A DNA stretch of 32,000 nt from Methylorubrum extorquens (GTDB taxonomy: Bacteria; Pseudomonadota; Alphaproteobacteria; Rhizobiales; Beijerinckiaceae), in assembly GCA_900234795.1 (NCBI GenBank), contig LT962688.1, positions 2,700,001-2,732,000 on the forward strand, read 5' to 3'. The notes below the pieces were generated by a model. That model saw nothing but the letters and a program-made list of their open reading frames with translations. It made no database searches and was not told the origin of the DNA. This document shows, piece by piece, positions 16,255-27,084 of this stretch (the stretch's first letter is position 1; every line of letters begins with the position of its first letter). Both the position numbers and the translations under genes were made by a program.

Positions 16255-17892
16255 TCAGGCGGCCAGGGTGCCCCAGCGGCGCAGGTCGCGGAACCGCCGC
16301 CCGTCGGAAAAACGCACCGTCACGCTCTCCGAGAGCCGGCCGGCGGCCTCGACCCGCAGGGTCTCCGGCCGTTCCAACTCGTCGGCTCGTTCCAGGGCTG
16401 CGGCGACCGACATCGGCACTGGATCGGCGCCGCCGAACGCGCGCCACCATTGCACCGCCTTCTCGCGGGCATGGCCGGAATGCTCGAGACAGACCTCGAC
16501 CCGGCAGCCGCCGCCCCGCCAACGCAGGGCGACTTCGAGCCGGTCCGGGCCGGAGCCGCCGGGACCGCGGTCGAGGCGCCAGCCGGTCACCTCGCGCCAG
16601 GGGCAGATCGATTCGGACAGGATCGGCATGGCGTCCTCCGCGCTCGCGGCGTGGGGGGCCTCCTCGTCCTCCGGTTCGGGCTCGACCCAGCAGGCTTCGC
16701 AGGTGCTGGCGTTGAGGGCGATCAGCGCGCCGCAGCCGGGGCAGGGTTTGGCCCGCGCCATTCCCAACGCCGCCGGCCCGAGCGCGACGCTGCGGGCGGT
16801 CACCGCGTCCACGGGGCCGTGCATCCGCACCAGTCCGGCATAATCGAGCACGATCGCATCCGATTTGCCCGGCGCCCGGCGCAGGGCCCGGCCGACCTGC
16901 TGCACGTAGAGCCCGGCCGATTGGGTCGGGCGCAGCAGGGCGATGAGATCGACCTCCGGCACGTTGAAGCCGGTGGAGAGCACGCCGACCGAGACGAGGC
17001 AGCGGATCTTTCCGGCGCGGAAGTCGCGCACCATCCGGTCTCGCTCTCGCTTGCCGGTCTCGGCCGTGACGGTCTCGCAGGAGATCCCTTCCGCCCGGAT
17101 CGCATCGCGCACGGAGGCCGCGTGCGCGAGCCCGGCGCAGAAGGCGAGCCACGCCCGCCGCTCGCGGCCGTACCCCACCATCTCCTCGACCGCCGCGCGG
17201 GTGATCCATTCGCGGTTGACCGCCGCCTCCAGCGCCGAGGGGATGTAGTCGCCGCCGCGCTTCGGCACCCCCGACACGTCGAGGGCGAGCGCGGTCGCCT
17301 TGCAGACCAGCGGCGCCAGAAAGCCCTGATGGATCAGGTCGCCGACGAGCGATTCGTAGACGATCCGCTCGAACACTCGGCCCTCACCCTCGTCGAGCCG
17401 GCCGGTATCGAGCCGGTAGGGCGTGGCGGTGAAGCCCGCGACCTTGAGATCCGGGTTGCCGGCCCGCGCCGCCGCGAGGAAGCGGCCGTAGCCAGTCTCG
17501 CTGGCGCGCGGCACGAGATGGGCCTCGTCGATCACGATGAGGTCGATGGCGCCGAACAACTCGGCCCGGTCACGCACGGATTGGATCGAGCAGAAGGTGA
17601 CCTGCGCGTGAACTTCCCGCCGGCCGACGCCGGCGGAAAAGATGCCGGCGGGCGCCTCGGGCCAGTAGGCGAGTAACTCGCCGTGGTTCTGCACCACGAG
17701 TTCGCGGACATGGGTGAGGACGCAGATCCGCGCCCCCGGCGCCCGATCCAGCCATTCGCGGATCAGCGCGGCGATGACGAGCGCCTTGCCGGCGCCGGTG
17801 GGCAGCACGACGAGGCCGGGCCCGCCGCCCTGGTCCCAATGACAATCGAGCGCGTCGAGGGCGGCGCGCTGGTACTCGCGAAGGCGCAGCAT
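16255..17892 (-). CDS. SF2 DEAD/DEAH-box helicase, RadD(YejH)-like/phage-type, with zinc ribbon and uncharacterised C-terminal domain
   Basis: Motif I VVLPTGAGKALVIA, Ia HVRELVVQN, II IVIDEAH, III FTATPYRL, VI QQVGRALRRAPGK. A CPGC...CEAC zinc ribbon is followed by an acidic linker and a ~150 aa C-terminal domain. The N-terminus resembles E. coli RadD as I remember it. Confidence 0.85.
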   Translation of the reverse strand: MLRLREYQRAALDALDCHWDQGGGPGLVVLPTGAGKALVIAALIREWLDRAPGARICVLTHVRELVVQNHGELLAYWPEAPAGIFSAGVGRREVHAQVTFCSIQSVRDRAELFGAIDLIVIDEAHLVPRASETGYGRFLAAARAGNPDLKVAGFTATPYRLDTGRLDEGEGRVFERIVYESLVGDLIHQGFLAPLVCKATALALDVSGVPKRGGDYIPSALEAAVNREWITRAAVEEMVGYGRERRAWLAFCAGLAHAASVRDAIRAEGISCETVTAETGKRERDRMVRDFRAGKIRCLVSVGVLSTGFNVPEVDLIALLRPTQSAGLYVQQVGRALRRAPGKSDAIVLDYAGLVRMHGPVDAVTARSVALGPAALGMARAKPCPGCGALIALNASTCEACWVEPEPEDEEAPHAASAEDAMPILSESICPWREVTGWRLDRGPGGSGPDRLEVALRWRGGGCRVEVCLEHSGHAREKAVQWWRAFGGADPVPMSVAAALERADELERPETLRVEAAGRLSESVTVRFSDGRRFRDLRRWGTLAA

Positions 17893-18019
17893 GGCGCGCC
17901 TTTAGCGAAGCGCGGCCGTGGAGAACAGAGGAGAAACGCGACAGTCCGGTTCCGCGTGGCGCCGCTGGATCGCGAGCGTCAGGCGAAGCGATCCAAGCGA
18001 CGTCCCCGGATGGAGCGTG

Positions 18020-19492
<1,473 letters not shown>

Positions 19493-19502
19493 GGCTCTCG
19501 AC

Positions 19503-20636
19503 TCAGCGCTCCGCGGCCGATTCACGCCCGTCGCGGGCGCTCGACATGGGAAGGAGGATCCGGAAGGCGGTGCGGCGGGGTACGGGATCGCATTCGACGA
19601 TGCCCCCATGGTCGCCGACGATCTTGGCCACCAATGCAAGTCCGAGGCCGGAGCCCTGCACCTTGGTGGTGACGAAGGGGTCGAACAGGTCCGACAGCAT
19701 GTCGGGCGGGATGCCCGGCCCGTTGTCGCGCACCGCCACTTCGATCGGCAGGCTGACACGCTCGCGCGAGCCGGGAATCTGGAGGCGCAGGCCGGTGCGG
19801 AAGGCCGTGGAGAGGGTGATCTCGCCCTCGACCGTGTCCGTGCCGATCGCCTCGGCCGCGTTCTTCACGAGGTTCAGGATCACCTGGATCAACTGGTCCC
19901 TGTTGCCGAGGACGGGCGGCAGCGAGGGATCGTAGTTCTCGACGAAGCGGATGTGACGGGCAAAGCCCGACTGGGCCGAGCGCTTCACCTGATCGAGCAC
20001 GCCGTGGACGTTGACGGGGCCGCGCTCCACCGGCCGCTCGTCGCCGAACAGCTCCATCCGCTCGACGATGCGCACGATCCGGTCCGACTCGTCGCAGATC
20101 AGGCGGGTCAGAAGCCGGTCCTCCTCGTCGCTCTCCTGTTCGAGGAGCTGCGCCGCGCCGCGGATGCCGGCGAGCGGGTTCTTGATCTCGTGCGCGAGCA
20201 TCGCGCCGAGCGCCACCATCGAGCGCGCGGCACCGCGATGGGTGAGCTGCCGGTTCATCTTGTCGGCGATGGTGCGCTCCTGAAGCATCAGCACTACCGA
20301 ATCGTCCTCGTCGCGCAGCGGCGTGGCGAAGACATCGACGCTGCGCTCGGTCCCCGAGCGGGGCTGGACCAGCTCGACCCGGTATTCCGACACGGAGGAG
20401 CGGCGGCGGCGCACCTCGGTCACCAGCGCGATGATCGGCGAGGAGAACGGGATGATGTCGCGCAGCCGCCCGCGCAGCATCAGCCGGGCCGAGGCGTCGA
20501 AGAACAGCTCGGCGGCGTGGTTGACCCGCAGGATCCGCTCGTCCGGCCCGATGGTGAGGACCGGCAGCGGCAGCGAGTTCAGCACCGCCTCGGCCGGCGG
20601 CAGGGATTCGGGGGCGGGCTCGTCGGAAAAGGGCAT
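19503..20636 (-). CDS. ntrB: Nitrogen regulation sensor histidine kinase NtrB
   Basis: PAS-like N-terminus, H-box [18 protein letters not shown]-box [18 protein letters not shown]. Its start overlaps the dusB stop (ATGA), and it ends 10 nt before ntrC. Confidence 0.9.
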   Translation of the reverse strand: MPFSDEPAPESLPPAEAVLNSLPLPVLTIGPDERILRVNHAAELFFDASARLMLRGRLRDIIPFSSPIIALVTEVRRRRSSVSEYRVELVQPRSGTERSVDVFATPLRDEDDSVVLMLQERTIADKMNRQLTHRGAARSMVALGAMLAHEIKNPLAGIRGAAQLLEQESDEEDRLLTRLICDESDRIVRIVERMELFGDERPVERGPVNVHGVLDQVKRSAQSGFARHIRFVENYDPSLPPVLGNRDQLIQVILNLVKNAAEAIGTDTVEGEITLSTAFRTGLRLQIPGSRERVSLPIEVAVRDNGPGIPPDMLSDLFDPFVTTKVQGSGLGLALVAKIVGDHGGIVECDPVPRRTAFRILLPMSSARDGRESAAER

Positions 20637-21664
20637 CAGGCTGCCTCGCCGAGGGGCGTGGTCGCCGTCCCGGCCGGTTCGAGGAACGCGCGTTGCAGGA
20701 GGCGGAGCGCCTCCGCCGGATCATGTGTGGTGACGAGGCGGCGCCGGTCGTCCGGGGTCAGTCCGCCGGCCGCGTCGGCATAGGCCGCGAGATGCTTGCG
20801 GGCGTGGCGCACGCCCATCGCCGCGCCGTAGAGCGCGATCAGCCCCTGGTAATGCTCGGCCGCGACTGCCGCCCGCTGCTCGGCCGAGAGCGGCGAAGCC
20901 ACATGACCGGCGAGCCCGGCGGCGATCTCGCCGACGAGCCAGGGACGCCCGACCGCCGCGCGCCCGACCATCACGCCCGCCGCACCGGATTGGCTGAGGC
21001 AGGCGCGGGCCTCCTCCAGGCCGGTGATGTCGCCGTTGGCGATGACGGGGATGCGCACCGCCTCGACCACGGGACGGATCGCCGACCAATCGGCCCGGCC
21101 CTTGTAGAATTGCTGCCGGGTTCGGCCGTGAACCGTCACGCCGTCGAGCCCGAGGGCTTCGGCGCGCCGTGCCAGTTCGGCGGCGTTGAGGCTGGCGTGA
21201 TCCCAGCCGAGCCGCATCTTCACGGTGACGGGCACGTCCACGGCGCCGCGCACCGCCGCAAGGAGCCGCGCGGCGTGATCGAGGTCGCGCATCAGCGCCG
21301 AACCGGATTCGCCGCCGGTCACGGTCTTGGCCGGGCAGCCCATGTTGATGTCGATGGCGTCCGCGCCGTTCGCCACGGCGATGCGGGCCGCCTCGGCCAT
21401 CGGTTCGGGCGTGCAGCCGGCGAGCTGCACCACATGCGGGTCCACCCCCGCACCCTCGGCCCGGACCTGCGATTCGGCGTCACCCTTCGCCAGCTCGGCC
21501 GCCGCGACCATCTCGGAGACCACGGCACTGGCACCGAGCCGCTGGGCGAGACGCCGCATATGGAGATCGGTGACGCCCGATAGCGGTGCCAGCAGGACCG
21601 GCGGGCTATCCGCCCCCCGATCGTCCGCCCCGCGTAGCGCGCTCAAATAATGGTCACGTGTCAT
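20636..21664 (-). CDS. dusB: tRNA-dihydrouridine synthase B (NifR3 family)
   Basis: True start is [12 protein letters not shown] at 21664. Features include [39 protein letters not shown] and a TIM-barrel Dus pattern. The position upstream of ntrBC is conserved. Confidence 0.9.
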   Translation of the reverse strand: MTRDHYLSALRGADDRGADSPPVLLAPLSGVTDLHMRRLAQRLGASAVVSEMVAAAELAKGDAESQVRAEGAGVDPHVVQLAGCTPEPMAEAARIAVANGADAIDINMGCPAKTVTGGESGSALMRDLDHAARLLAAVRGAVDVPVTVKMRLGWDHASLNAAELARRAEALGLDGVTVHGRTRQQFYKGRADWSAIRPVVEAVRIPVIANGDITGLEEARACLSQSGAAGVMVGRAAVGRPWLVGEIAAGLAGHVASPLSAEQRAAVAAEHYQGLIALYGAAMGVRHARKHLAAYADAAGGLTPDDRRRLVTTHDPAEALRLLQRAFLEPAGTATTPLGEAA

Positions 21665-21791
21665 TGTGCCCAATAAGTAGCCAAACGGCTGGCAGACGCA
21701 AGCGCCTGCGGCGTTTGCCTTCGCGCATCTTGCCGCATAAGGACGCGGCGATCCCCATCCATCCCCAGATGATTTCCATTCGAGGCCCAGC

Positions 21792-23126
21792 ATGTCCGAC
21801 CAAGCCGCGCGGCCGCCCGGGCAGGAGCCGGGGAATAAATCGGTGGCGGCGGTCGTGGTGGCGGCCGGCAAGGGCCTGCGTGTCGGCGGCGACTTACCCA
21901 AGCAATATCGCCGCGTCGGCGGCCGGGCCGTCCTGACGCGGACGCTTGCGGCGCTGGCGCAATCGCCCCGCATCACCCGCATCCAGCCGGTGATCGCACC
22001 GGATGCGCAGGACTTCTACCGCGAATGCCTCGCCGATCTCGAGCCTGCCCATCGTGAAAAGCTCGCCGAGCCGGTGCCGGGCGGGGCGACGCGCCAGCAA
22101 TCGGTGGCGGCCGGGCTCGAAGGGCTCGCCCGCTTAGGCGCGCTCGATCTCGTGCTCGTCCACGACGCGGCGCGGCCGTTCGTGGACGAGGCGCTGATCG
22201 CCCGCGCGGTCGCGGCCGGCTCCGAGCACGGCGCATCGGTGCCGGGCATTGCGGTCTCCGACACGATCAAGCTCGTGGAAGAGATCGCGCCGGGTATCGG
22301 CCGCGTCCACGAGACCCCGGCGCGTGAAAATCTCCGCGCAGTGCAGACGCCGCAGAGCTTCCGTTTCGGCCTACTTCTCGACGCGCATCGCCGGGCGGTG
22401 GCCGAGGGCCGCGACGGCTTCACCGATGACGGGGCGCTCGCCGAATGGGCCGGGCTGCCGGTCGTCGTGTTCGAGGGCGACGCACGCAACCGCAAAATCA
22501 CCCAGGCCGCGGACCTGATCGAGGCCGACCGGGCATTCTCCGGACGGGCTTTCTCTGAACCTGCGCCCGCGATATCGGATGACACCATGACCACTTACGT
22601 GACCCGCCTCGGCACCGGCTTCGACGTCCACGCCTTCACGGAGGGCGACCATGTCTGGCTCGGCGGCGTGAAGATCCCCGCCGACCGCGGCGTGCTCGCC
22701 CATTCCGACGGCGACGTGGCGTTGCACGCCCTCACCGACGCGCTGCTCGGCGCCATCGCCGACGGCGATATCGGCACGCACTTCCCGCCCTCGGACGAGA
22801 AGTGGCGCGGCGCGGCCTCCGATCAGTTCCTGGCCCATGCCTGCGAATTGGTGCGGGCGCGCGGCGGCAAGATCGACCATCTCGACATCACGGTGCTGGC
22901 GGAAGCTCCGCGCATCGGTCAGCACCGCGAGGCGATCCGCGCGCGCATCGCCGAGATCGCGGGCGTGCCGCTCTCCTCGGTGTCGATCAAGGCGACCACG
23001 ACGGAGAAGCTCGGCTTCGTCGGCCGCGCCGAGGGCCTCGCCGCCCAAGCCGCCGCGACGGTGCGGCTGCCGGAGGTCTGCGCGGAGCTGGAGACCGAGG
23101 CGGAGACCAACGAGCGCCGTTCGTGA
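21792..23126 (+). CDS. ispDF: Bifunctional 2-C-methyl-D-erythritol 4-phosphate cytidylyltransferase / MEcPP synthase (IspDF)
   Basis: IspD N-terminus [14 protein letters not shown]. IspF half GTGFDVHAF...[19 protein letters not shown]. The linker carries [10 protein letters not shown]. Confidence 0.93.
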   Translation: MSDQAARPPGQEPGNKSVAAVVVAAGKGLRVGGDLPKQYRRVGGRAVLTRTLAALAQSPRITRIQPVIAPDAQDFYRECLADLEPAHREKLAEPVPGGATRQQSVAAGLEGLARLGALDLVLVHDAARPFVDEALIARAVAAGSEHGASVPGIAVSDTIKLVEEIAPGIGRVHETPARENLRAVQTPQSFRFGLLLDAHRRAVAEGRDGFTDDGALAEWAGLPVVVFEGDARNRKITQAADLIEADRAFSGRAFSEPAPAISDDTMTTYVTRLGTGFDVHAFTEGDHVWLGGVKIPADRGVLAHSDGDVALHALTDALLGAIADGDIGTHFPPSDEKWRGAASDQFLAHACELVRARGGKIDHLDITVLAEAPRIGQHREAIRARIAEIAGVPLSSVSIKATTTEKLGFVGRAEGLAAQAAATVRLPEVCAELETEAETNERRS

Positions 23127-23650
23127 TCGAAGACGCGGCGTTGCTGGCCCGCGCCGAGGCGCTGGTGCGGGCCTATGCGGCGGCGGGCCAACGCATCGCG
23201 ACCGCCGAGTCCTGCACCGGCGGTCTCGTGGCCGGGCTGCTCACGGCGGTGCCCGGTTCCTCGGCGGTGGTGGAGCGCGGCTTCGTCACCTATTCCAACG
23301 AGGCGAAGGCCGAGTCGATCGGCGTGCCGATGGACCTCATCGCGGCGCATGGCGCAGTGAGCGAGCCGGTGGCCCGCGCCATGGCGGACGGTGCGCTCGC
23401 AGCGTCACACGCGGACGTGGCGGTCTCCGTCACCGGCATTGCCGGGCCGGGCGGCGGCAGCGACGCTAAGCCGGTCGGCCTCGTGCATTTCGGGCTCGCC
23501 GTGAAGGACAGCCCCACCCGCCACGCCGAGCGCCGCTTCCGCGATCCGGGCCGGGCTGAGATCCGGCGGTTGTCGGTGGCGGAGGCGCTGACGCTTCTGG
23601 AGTCGGTCGATTTGCATCGCTCCGGCTCACCATCAGGCGAAACCATCTGA
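23123..23650 (+). CDS. CinA C-terminal domain / nicotinamide-nucleotide amidohydrolase PncC family protein
   Basis: GTG at 23123 overlaps the ispDF stop (GTGA). Features include [32 protein letters not shown] and [12 protein letters not shown]. Confidence 0.85.
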   Translation: MIEDAALLARAEALVRAYAAAGQRIATAESCTGGLVAGLLTAVPGSSAVVERGFVTYSNEAKAESIGVPMDLIAAHGAVSEPVARAMADGALAASHADVAVSVTGIAGPGGGSDAKPVGLVHFGLAVKDSPTRHAERRFRDPGRAEIRRLSVAEALTLLESVDLHRSGSPSGETI

Positions 23651-23670
23651 CCCCACTTCTCCCATCCTGA

Positions 23671-23778
23671 CCCTCATCCTGAGGTGCGCCGCGAAGCGGA
23701 GCCTCGAAGGATCCTCCAGGGATCGCGCGGTATCTGGAGGATCCTTCGAGGCCGCTTCGCGGCACCTCAGGATGAGGG
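23671..23778. repeat. REP-like long imperfect palindrome between convergent genes; probable bidirectional terminator / dispersed repeat
   Basis: Left arm ccctcatcctgaggtgcgccgcgaagcggagcctcgaaggatcctcca. Right arm tggaggatccttcgaggccgcttcgcggcacctcaggatgaggg. Arms are ~45 bp with two small indels and a ~17 nt loop. Translated, it gives the LILR/PQDE-type artefact peptides seen in repeat-derived ORFs of Rhizobiales. Confidence 0.8.
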
Positions 23779-23798
23779 CGGTGTAATAGAAGCGCCGA

Positions 23799-26042
23799 TT
23801 ACCCCAACAACCGGTCCAGCGTGATCGGCGTCTTGCGTACCCTGATTCCCGTCGCGTGATAGACCGCGTTGGCGATGGCACCCGCCGTGCCGGTGATGCC
23901 GATCTCGCCGACGCCCTTGATGCCGAGCGGGTTCACGTGCGGGTCGAGCTCGTCCACGAGGATCGCCTCGATCGACGGCACATCGGCGTTCACGGGTACG
24001 TGGTACTCGCCCAGATTGGCGTTCATCACCCGGCCCGAGCGGGGATCGACCACGGCGTTTTCGTGGAGCGCGAAGGACACGCCCCAGATCATGCCGCCGT
24101 AATACTGGCTCGTGACGAGGCGCGGGTTGACGATTCGGCCGGCGGCGAACGCGCCGACGAGGCGGCTGACGCGGATCTGGCCGAGATCGGGATCGACGCT
24201 GACTTCGGCGAAGACCGCGCCGTGGGCGTGCATCGCGTAGGCCTCGCGCGCCGCCGGATCGGGGGCGCCCTGCCCTTGCGCCGAGATCGAGGCGCGGCCG
24301 GCCCGGTTCAGAATTTCGGTGAACGACTCGCTGCGTCCCTCGTCGTCCCGTCGCACCAGCCGGCCGCCGCGAGCGTAGACGCCGGCATTGCCGGCGCCAT
24401 AGAGGGCCGAGCGCTCGTCGTTGGTCGCGAGGTCGGCAAGCTGCGCCAGCACCGCGGCAGCGGCGGAATGGATCGCCGTGCCGGCGGTGGCGGTGTGGGC
24501 CGAGCCGCCGGCAATGCCGGCATTCGGCAGGTCCGACGTGCCGCTCTGGAAATCGAGCTGCGAAAGGTCGATCCCGAGACCGTCGGCGGCGATCTGCGCC
24601 AGCGCGGTCCAGGCGCCCTGCCCCATGTCGTGGGCGCCGAGCGCGACTATGCCGGTGCCGTCGGCGCGAATCTCGGCCCGCGCCTCCGCCTGCATCATCA
24701 GGGCCGGGAACAGGGCCGTGCCCATGCCGTAGCCGATGAGGCGCCCGGCGGAATCGCGCATCGATCGGGGGGCCGGGGCGCGCTTGTCCCAGCCGAAGCG
24801 GGCGGCACCTTGCGCATAGCATTCGCGCAGGGCCTTCGAGGAAAACGGCCTGCCGGAGATCGGCTCATCCTCGGCATAGTTCCTCAGGCGAAATTCGAGC
24901 GGGTCGAGGCCGCAGGCCTCGGCCATCTCATCGATCGCGCCCTCCAGGGCGACGCTGCCCGAAGCCTCGCCGGGCGCGCGCATGAAGAGCGGCGTGCCGG
25001 TATCGACCCGCACGCCGGAATGGCGCGTCGAGACCGCGGGCGCGGCGTAGAGGTAGCGAGAGATGGCGCTGGCCGGCTCGTAGAAGTCGTCGAACCGGCT
25101 CGTCGCCGTCAGCGTGTGGTGGTCGAGGGCGGTAAGCGCGCCCGACGCATCGGTGCCGAGCCGCAGCGTCTGCCGCGTCTCGGCGCGGTGGCCGACGGGG
25201 CCGAACATCTGCTCCCGACGCAGCACGAGCTTCACCGGCCGTCCGACGAGTTTGGCTGCCATCACGCCGAGTATCTGCGGCCCGGAGAGAAAGCCCTTCG
25301 AGCCGAAGCCGCCGCCGAGAAAGGGAGAGCGGACGAGGATGTTCTTCGGATTGAGCCCGAACAGGCCGGCGAGCCGCATCTTGGCCATGGCGAGCCCCTG
25401 GCTCGGCGTGTCGACGGTGAGCCGGTCACCGTCCCACTGCGCCACGATGGCGTGGGGTTCGAGCGCGTTGTGATACTGCGCCGGTGTCTCGTAGGTCGCC
25501 TCGATCCGGCGCTCGGCCTGTCCCAGCCCGGCCTCGACATCGCCGCGCGACACGATCGCCTTGTCTCCGGCACCGACGCCCTCGGGCTCCTGCGGATCCC
25601 CGGCATCGAGCCCGACGCGTGGCGACTCCACCTCGTAGCGCGGGGCCAGCAGCTCGGCCCCCTCGGTCGCGGCCTCCAGCGTCTCGGCGATCACCACGGC
25701 GATCGGCTGGTGCGCGTAGCGGACGCGGTCGTTCTGCAGCAGATCGAGCCGGAACATGAAGGGGTTGTCCTTCGCGTCCGGGTCCTGGGCGAGCCGCGGC
25801 GCGTTGGCGCCCGTCATCACCTCGACCACGCCGGGATGGGCCTTGGCCGCCGCGACGTCGAGACCGGCGACACGGCCGCGGGCGATGCGACTCACCGCCA
25901 CCACCGCGTGGAGCAAGCCCTGCGGCCGGTTGTCGGCGGCGTAGGTCGCCTGCCCGGTGACCTTCAGGAGGCCGTCGCGGCGGGTGAGCGGCTGGCCGAT
26001 GCTCGACCCGTGCCGGGCCTGCTCGTAGGCGATGTCAGGCAT
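23799..26042 (-). CDS. Xanthine dehydrogenase/aldehyde oxidase family molybdopterin-binding large subunit (PaoC/YagR-like)
   Basis: True start is MPDIAYEQARHGSSIGQPLTRRDGLLKVTGQATYAADN at 26042. It has the GGGFGSKG signature. The 8 nt overlap with the upstream FAD-subunit gene indicates an operon. Confidence 0.92.
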   Translation of the reverse strand: MPDIAYEQARHGSSIGQPLTRRDGLLKVTGQATYAADNRPQGLLHAVVAVSRIARGRVAGLDVAAAKAHPGVVEVMTGANAPRLAQDPDAKDNPFMFRLDLLQNDRVRYAHQPIAVVIAETLEAATEGAELLAPRYEVESPRVGLDAGDPQEPEGVGAGDKAIVSRGDVEAGLGQAERRIEATYETPAQYHNALEPHAIVAQWDGDRLTVDTPSQGLAMAKMRLAGLFGLNPKNILVRSPFLGGGFGSKGFLSGPQILGVMAAKLVGRPVKLVLRREQMFGPVGHRAETRQTLRLGTDASGALTALDHHTLTATSRFDDFYEPASAISRYLYAAPAVSTRHSGVRVDTGTPLFMRAPGEASGSVALEGAIDEMAEACGLDPLEFRLRNYAEDEPISGRPFSSKALRECYAQGAARFGWDKRAPAPRSMRDSAGRLIGYGMGTALFPALMMQAEARAEIRADGTGIVALGAHDMGQGAWTALAQIAADGLGIDLSQLDFQSGTSDLPNAGIAGGSAHTATAGTAIHSAAAAVLAQLADLATNDERSALYGAGNAGVYARGGRLVRRDDEGRSESFTEILNRAGRASISAQGQGAPDPAAREAYAMHAHGAVFAEVSVDPDLGQIRVSRLVGAFAAGRIVNPRLVTSQYYGGMIWGVSFALHENAVVDPRSGRVMNANLGEYHVPVNADVPSIEAILVDELDPHVNPLGIKGVGEIGITGTAGAIANAVYHATGIRVRKTPITLDRLLG

Positions 26043-27084
26043 GGAGCGCGTCTCCCGAGAAGGCGGATGCCGGAAGCGCCGGCATGCGCTCCGGGGTGCC
26101 GGCCGCGGCAAGGGTCAGCGCCCGTACGATCAGGCGGCGGGCCAGCTCGATCTTGTAGGCGTTGTCGCCGGACGGCAGAGCCTCGGCCAGGGCCGCATCC
26201 GCCGCCTCACGAAAACGCCACTTGCTCAGTTCCGCGCCGGCCAGCACCGCCTCGGCGGCGCGGGCGCGCCACGGCTTGAGCGCGACGCCGCCCAGCGCGA
26301 TCCGCGCCTCGCCGATCCGCCCGCCCTCAAGCCGAAGCGAGGCCGCGGCCGAAACCACGGCGAAGGCGTAGGAGGTACGGTCGCGGACCTTGAGGTAGCG
26401 GGAATGCACGGCAAAACTTGCGGCGTCCGCCGGCAGGCGCAGGGCGACGATGAGGTCGCCGGGTTCCAGCACCGTCTCCCGGTCCGGCCGGTCGTCCGGC
26501 TGGCGGTAGAGTGCGTCGAGCGGCACCTCGCGGGCGCCGGCTCTGCCCTCGATCTCGACGGTGGCGTCGAGTGACACCAACGGGACGCAGAAGTCGGAGG
26601 GGTGGGTGGCGATGCAGTGCTCGCTCCAGCCGAGCACGGCGTGAAGCCGCGTCTCGCCGCCGCGTGCCTCGCAGCCGGCGCCGGGATCGCGTTTGTTGCA
26701 GGCGCTGGCCGGGTCGTAGAAGTAGGGGCAGCGGGTCCGCTGCAGTATGTTGCCAGCCACGGTCGCCGCGTTGCGCAGTTGCGCCGAGGCGCCCGACAGG
26801 AGGGCTTCGGCTACGGCGGGGTGCGCTTTCGAGACGTGCGGATCGTAGGCGAGGTCGCTGTTGCGCACGAGCGCGCCGATGCGTACGCCCCCATCCGGCA
26901 AGTGCTCGATCCGGTCGAGGCCGGGCAGATGTGTGACATCCACGAGGCGGCCGGGGCGGGTGATGCCGCCCTTCATCAGGTCGAGCAGGTTGGTGCCGGC
27001 CGCGAGATAGGCCGCGCCCGGTTCGGCAGCTGCGGCGACGGCTTCGGCGATGCTGCCGGGGCGGACATAGTCGAAGCGGTTCAC
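26035..27084 (-). CDS. Xanthine dehydrogenase family FAD-binding medium subunit (PaoB/YagS-like)
   Basis: GTG start at 27084 overlaps the small-subunit stop (GTGA). Features include VNRFDYVRPGSIAEAV, AYLAAGTNLLDLMKGG and the Cys cluster RCPYFYDPASACNKRDPGAGC...HC, which resembles the PaoB [4Fe-4S] site. Confidence 0.88.
   Translation of the reverse strand: MNRFDYVRPGSIAEAVAAAAEPGAAYLAAGTNLLDLMKGGITRPGRLVDVTHLPGLDRIEHLPDGGVRIGALVRNSDLAYDPHVSKAHPAVAEALLSGASAQLRNAATVAGNILQRTRCPYFYDPASACNKRDPGAGCEARGGETRLHAVLGWSEHCIATHPSDFCVPLVSLDATVEIEGRAGAREVPLDALYRQPDDRPDRETVLEPGDLIVALRLPADAASFAVHSRYLKVRDRTSYAFAVVSAAASLRLEGGRIGEARIALGGVALKPWRARAAEAVLAGAELSKWRFREAADAALAEALPSGDNAYKIELARRLIVRALTLAAAGTPERMPALPASAFSGDALHA

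Noticed and set aside
16166-17676. ORFs 16166..17209(-), 16243..17676(+) and 16268..16843(+) overlapping the helicase gene.
   Set aside because: They are alternative-frame or antisense ORFs with Arg/Pro/Gly-rich nonsense translations. Only the 16255..17892(-) frame carries the ordered SF2 helicase motifs.
22802-23122. Long upstream extension of the cinA/pncC ORF, overlapping ispDF in another frame.
   Set aside because: The extension is Arg/Gly-rich and lies inside the well-supported IspF half. CinA homology begins right after the GTG at 23123, which is coupled to the ispDF stop.
23856-26279. 807 aa plus-strand ORF opposite the molybdopterin subunit; also 23767..24822(-).
   Set aside because: These are antisense or off-frame shadows. 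The 23799..26042(-) frame carries the GGGFGSKG and XDH-family features.
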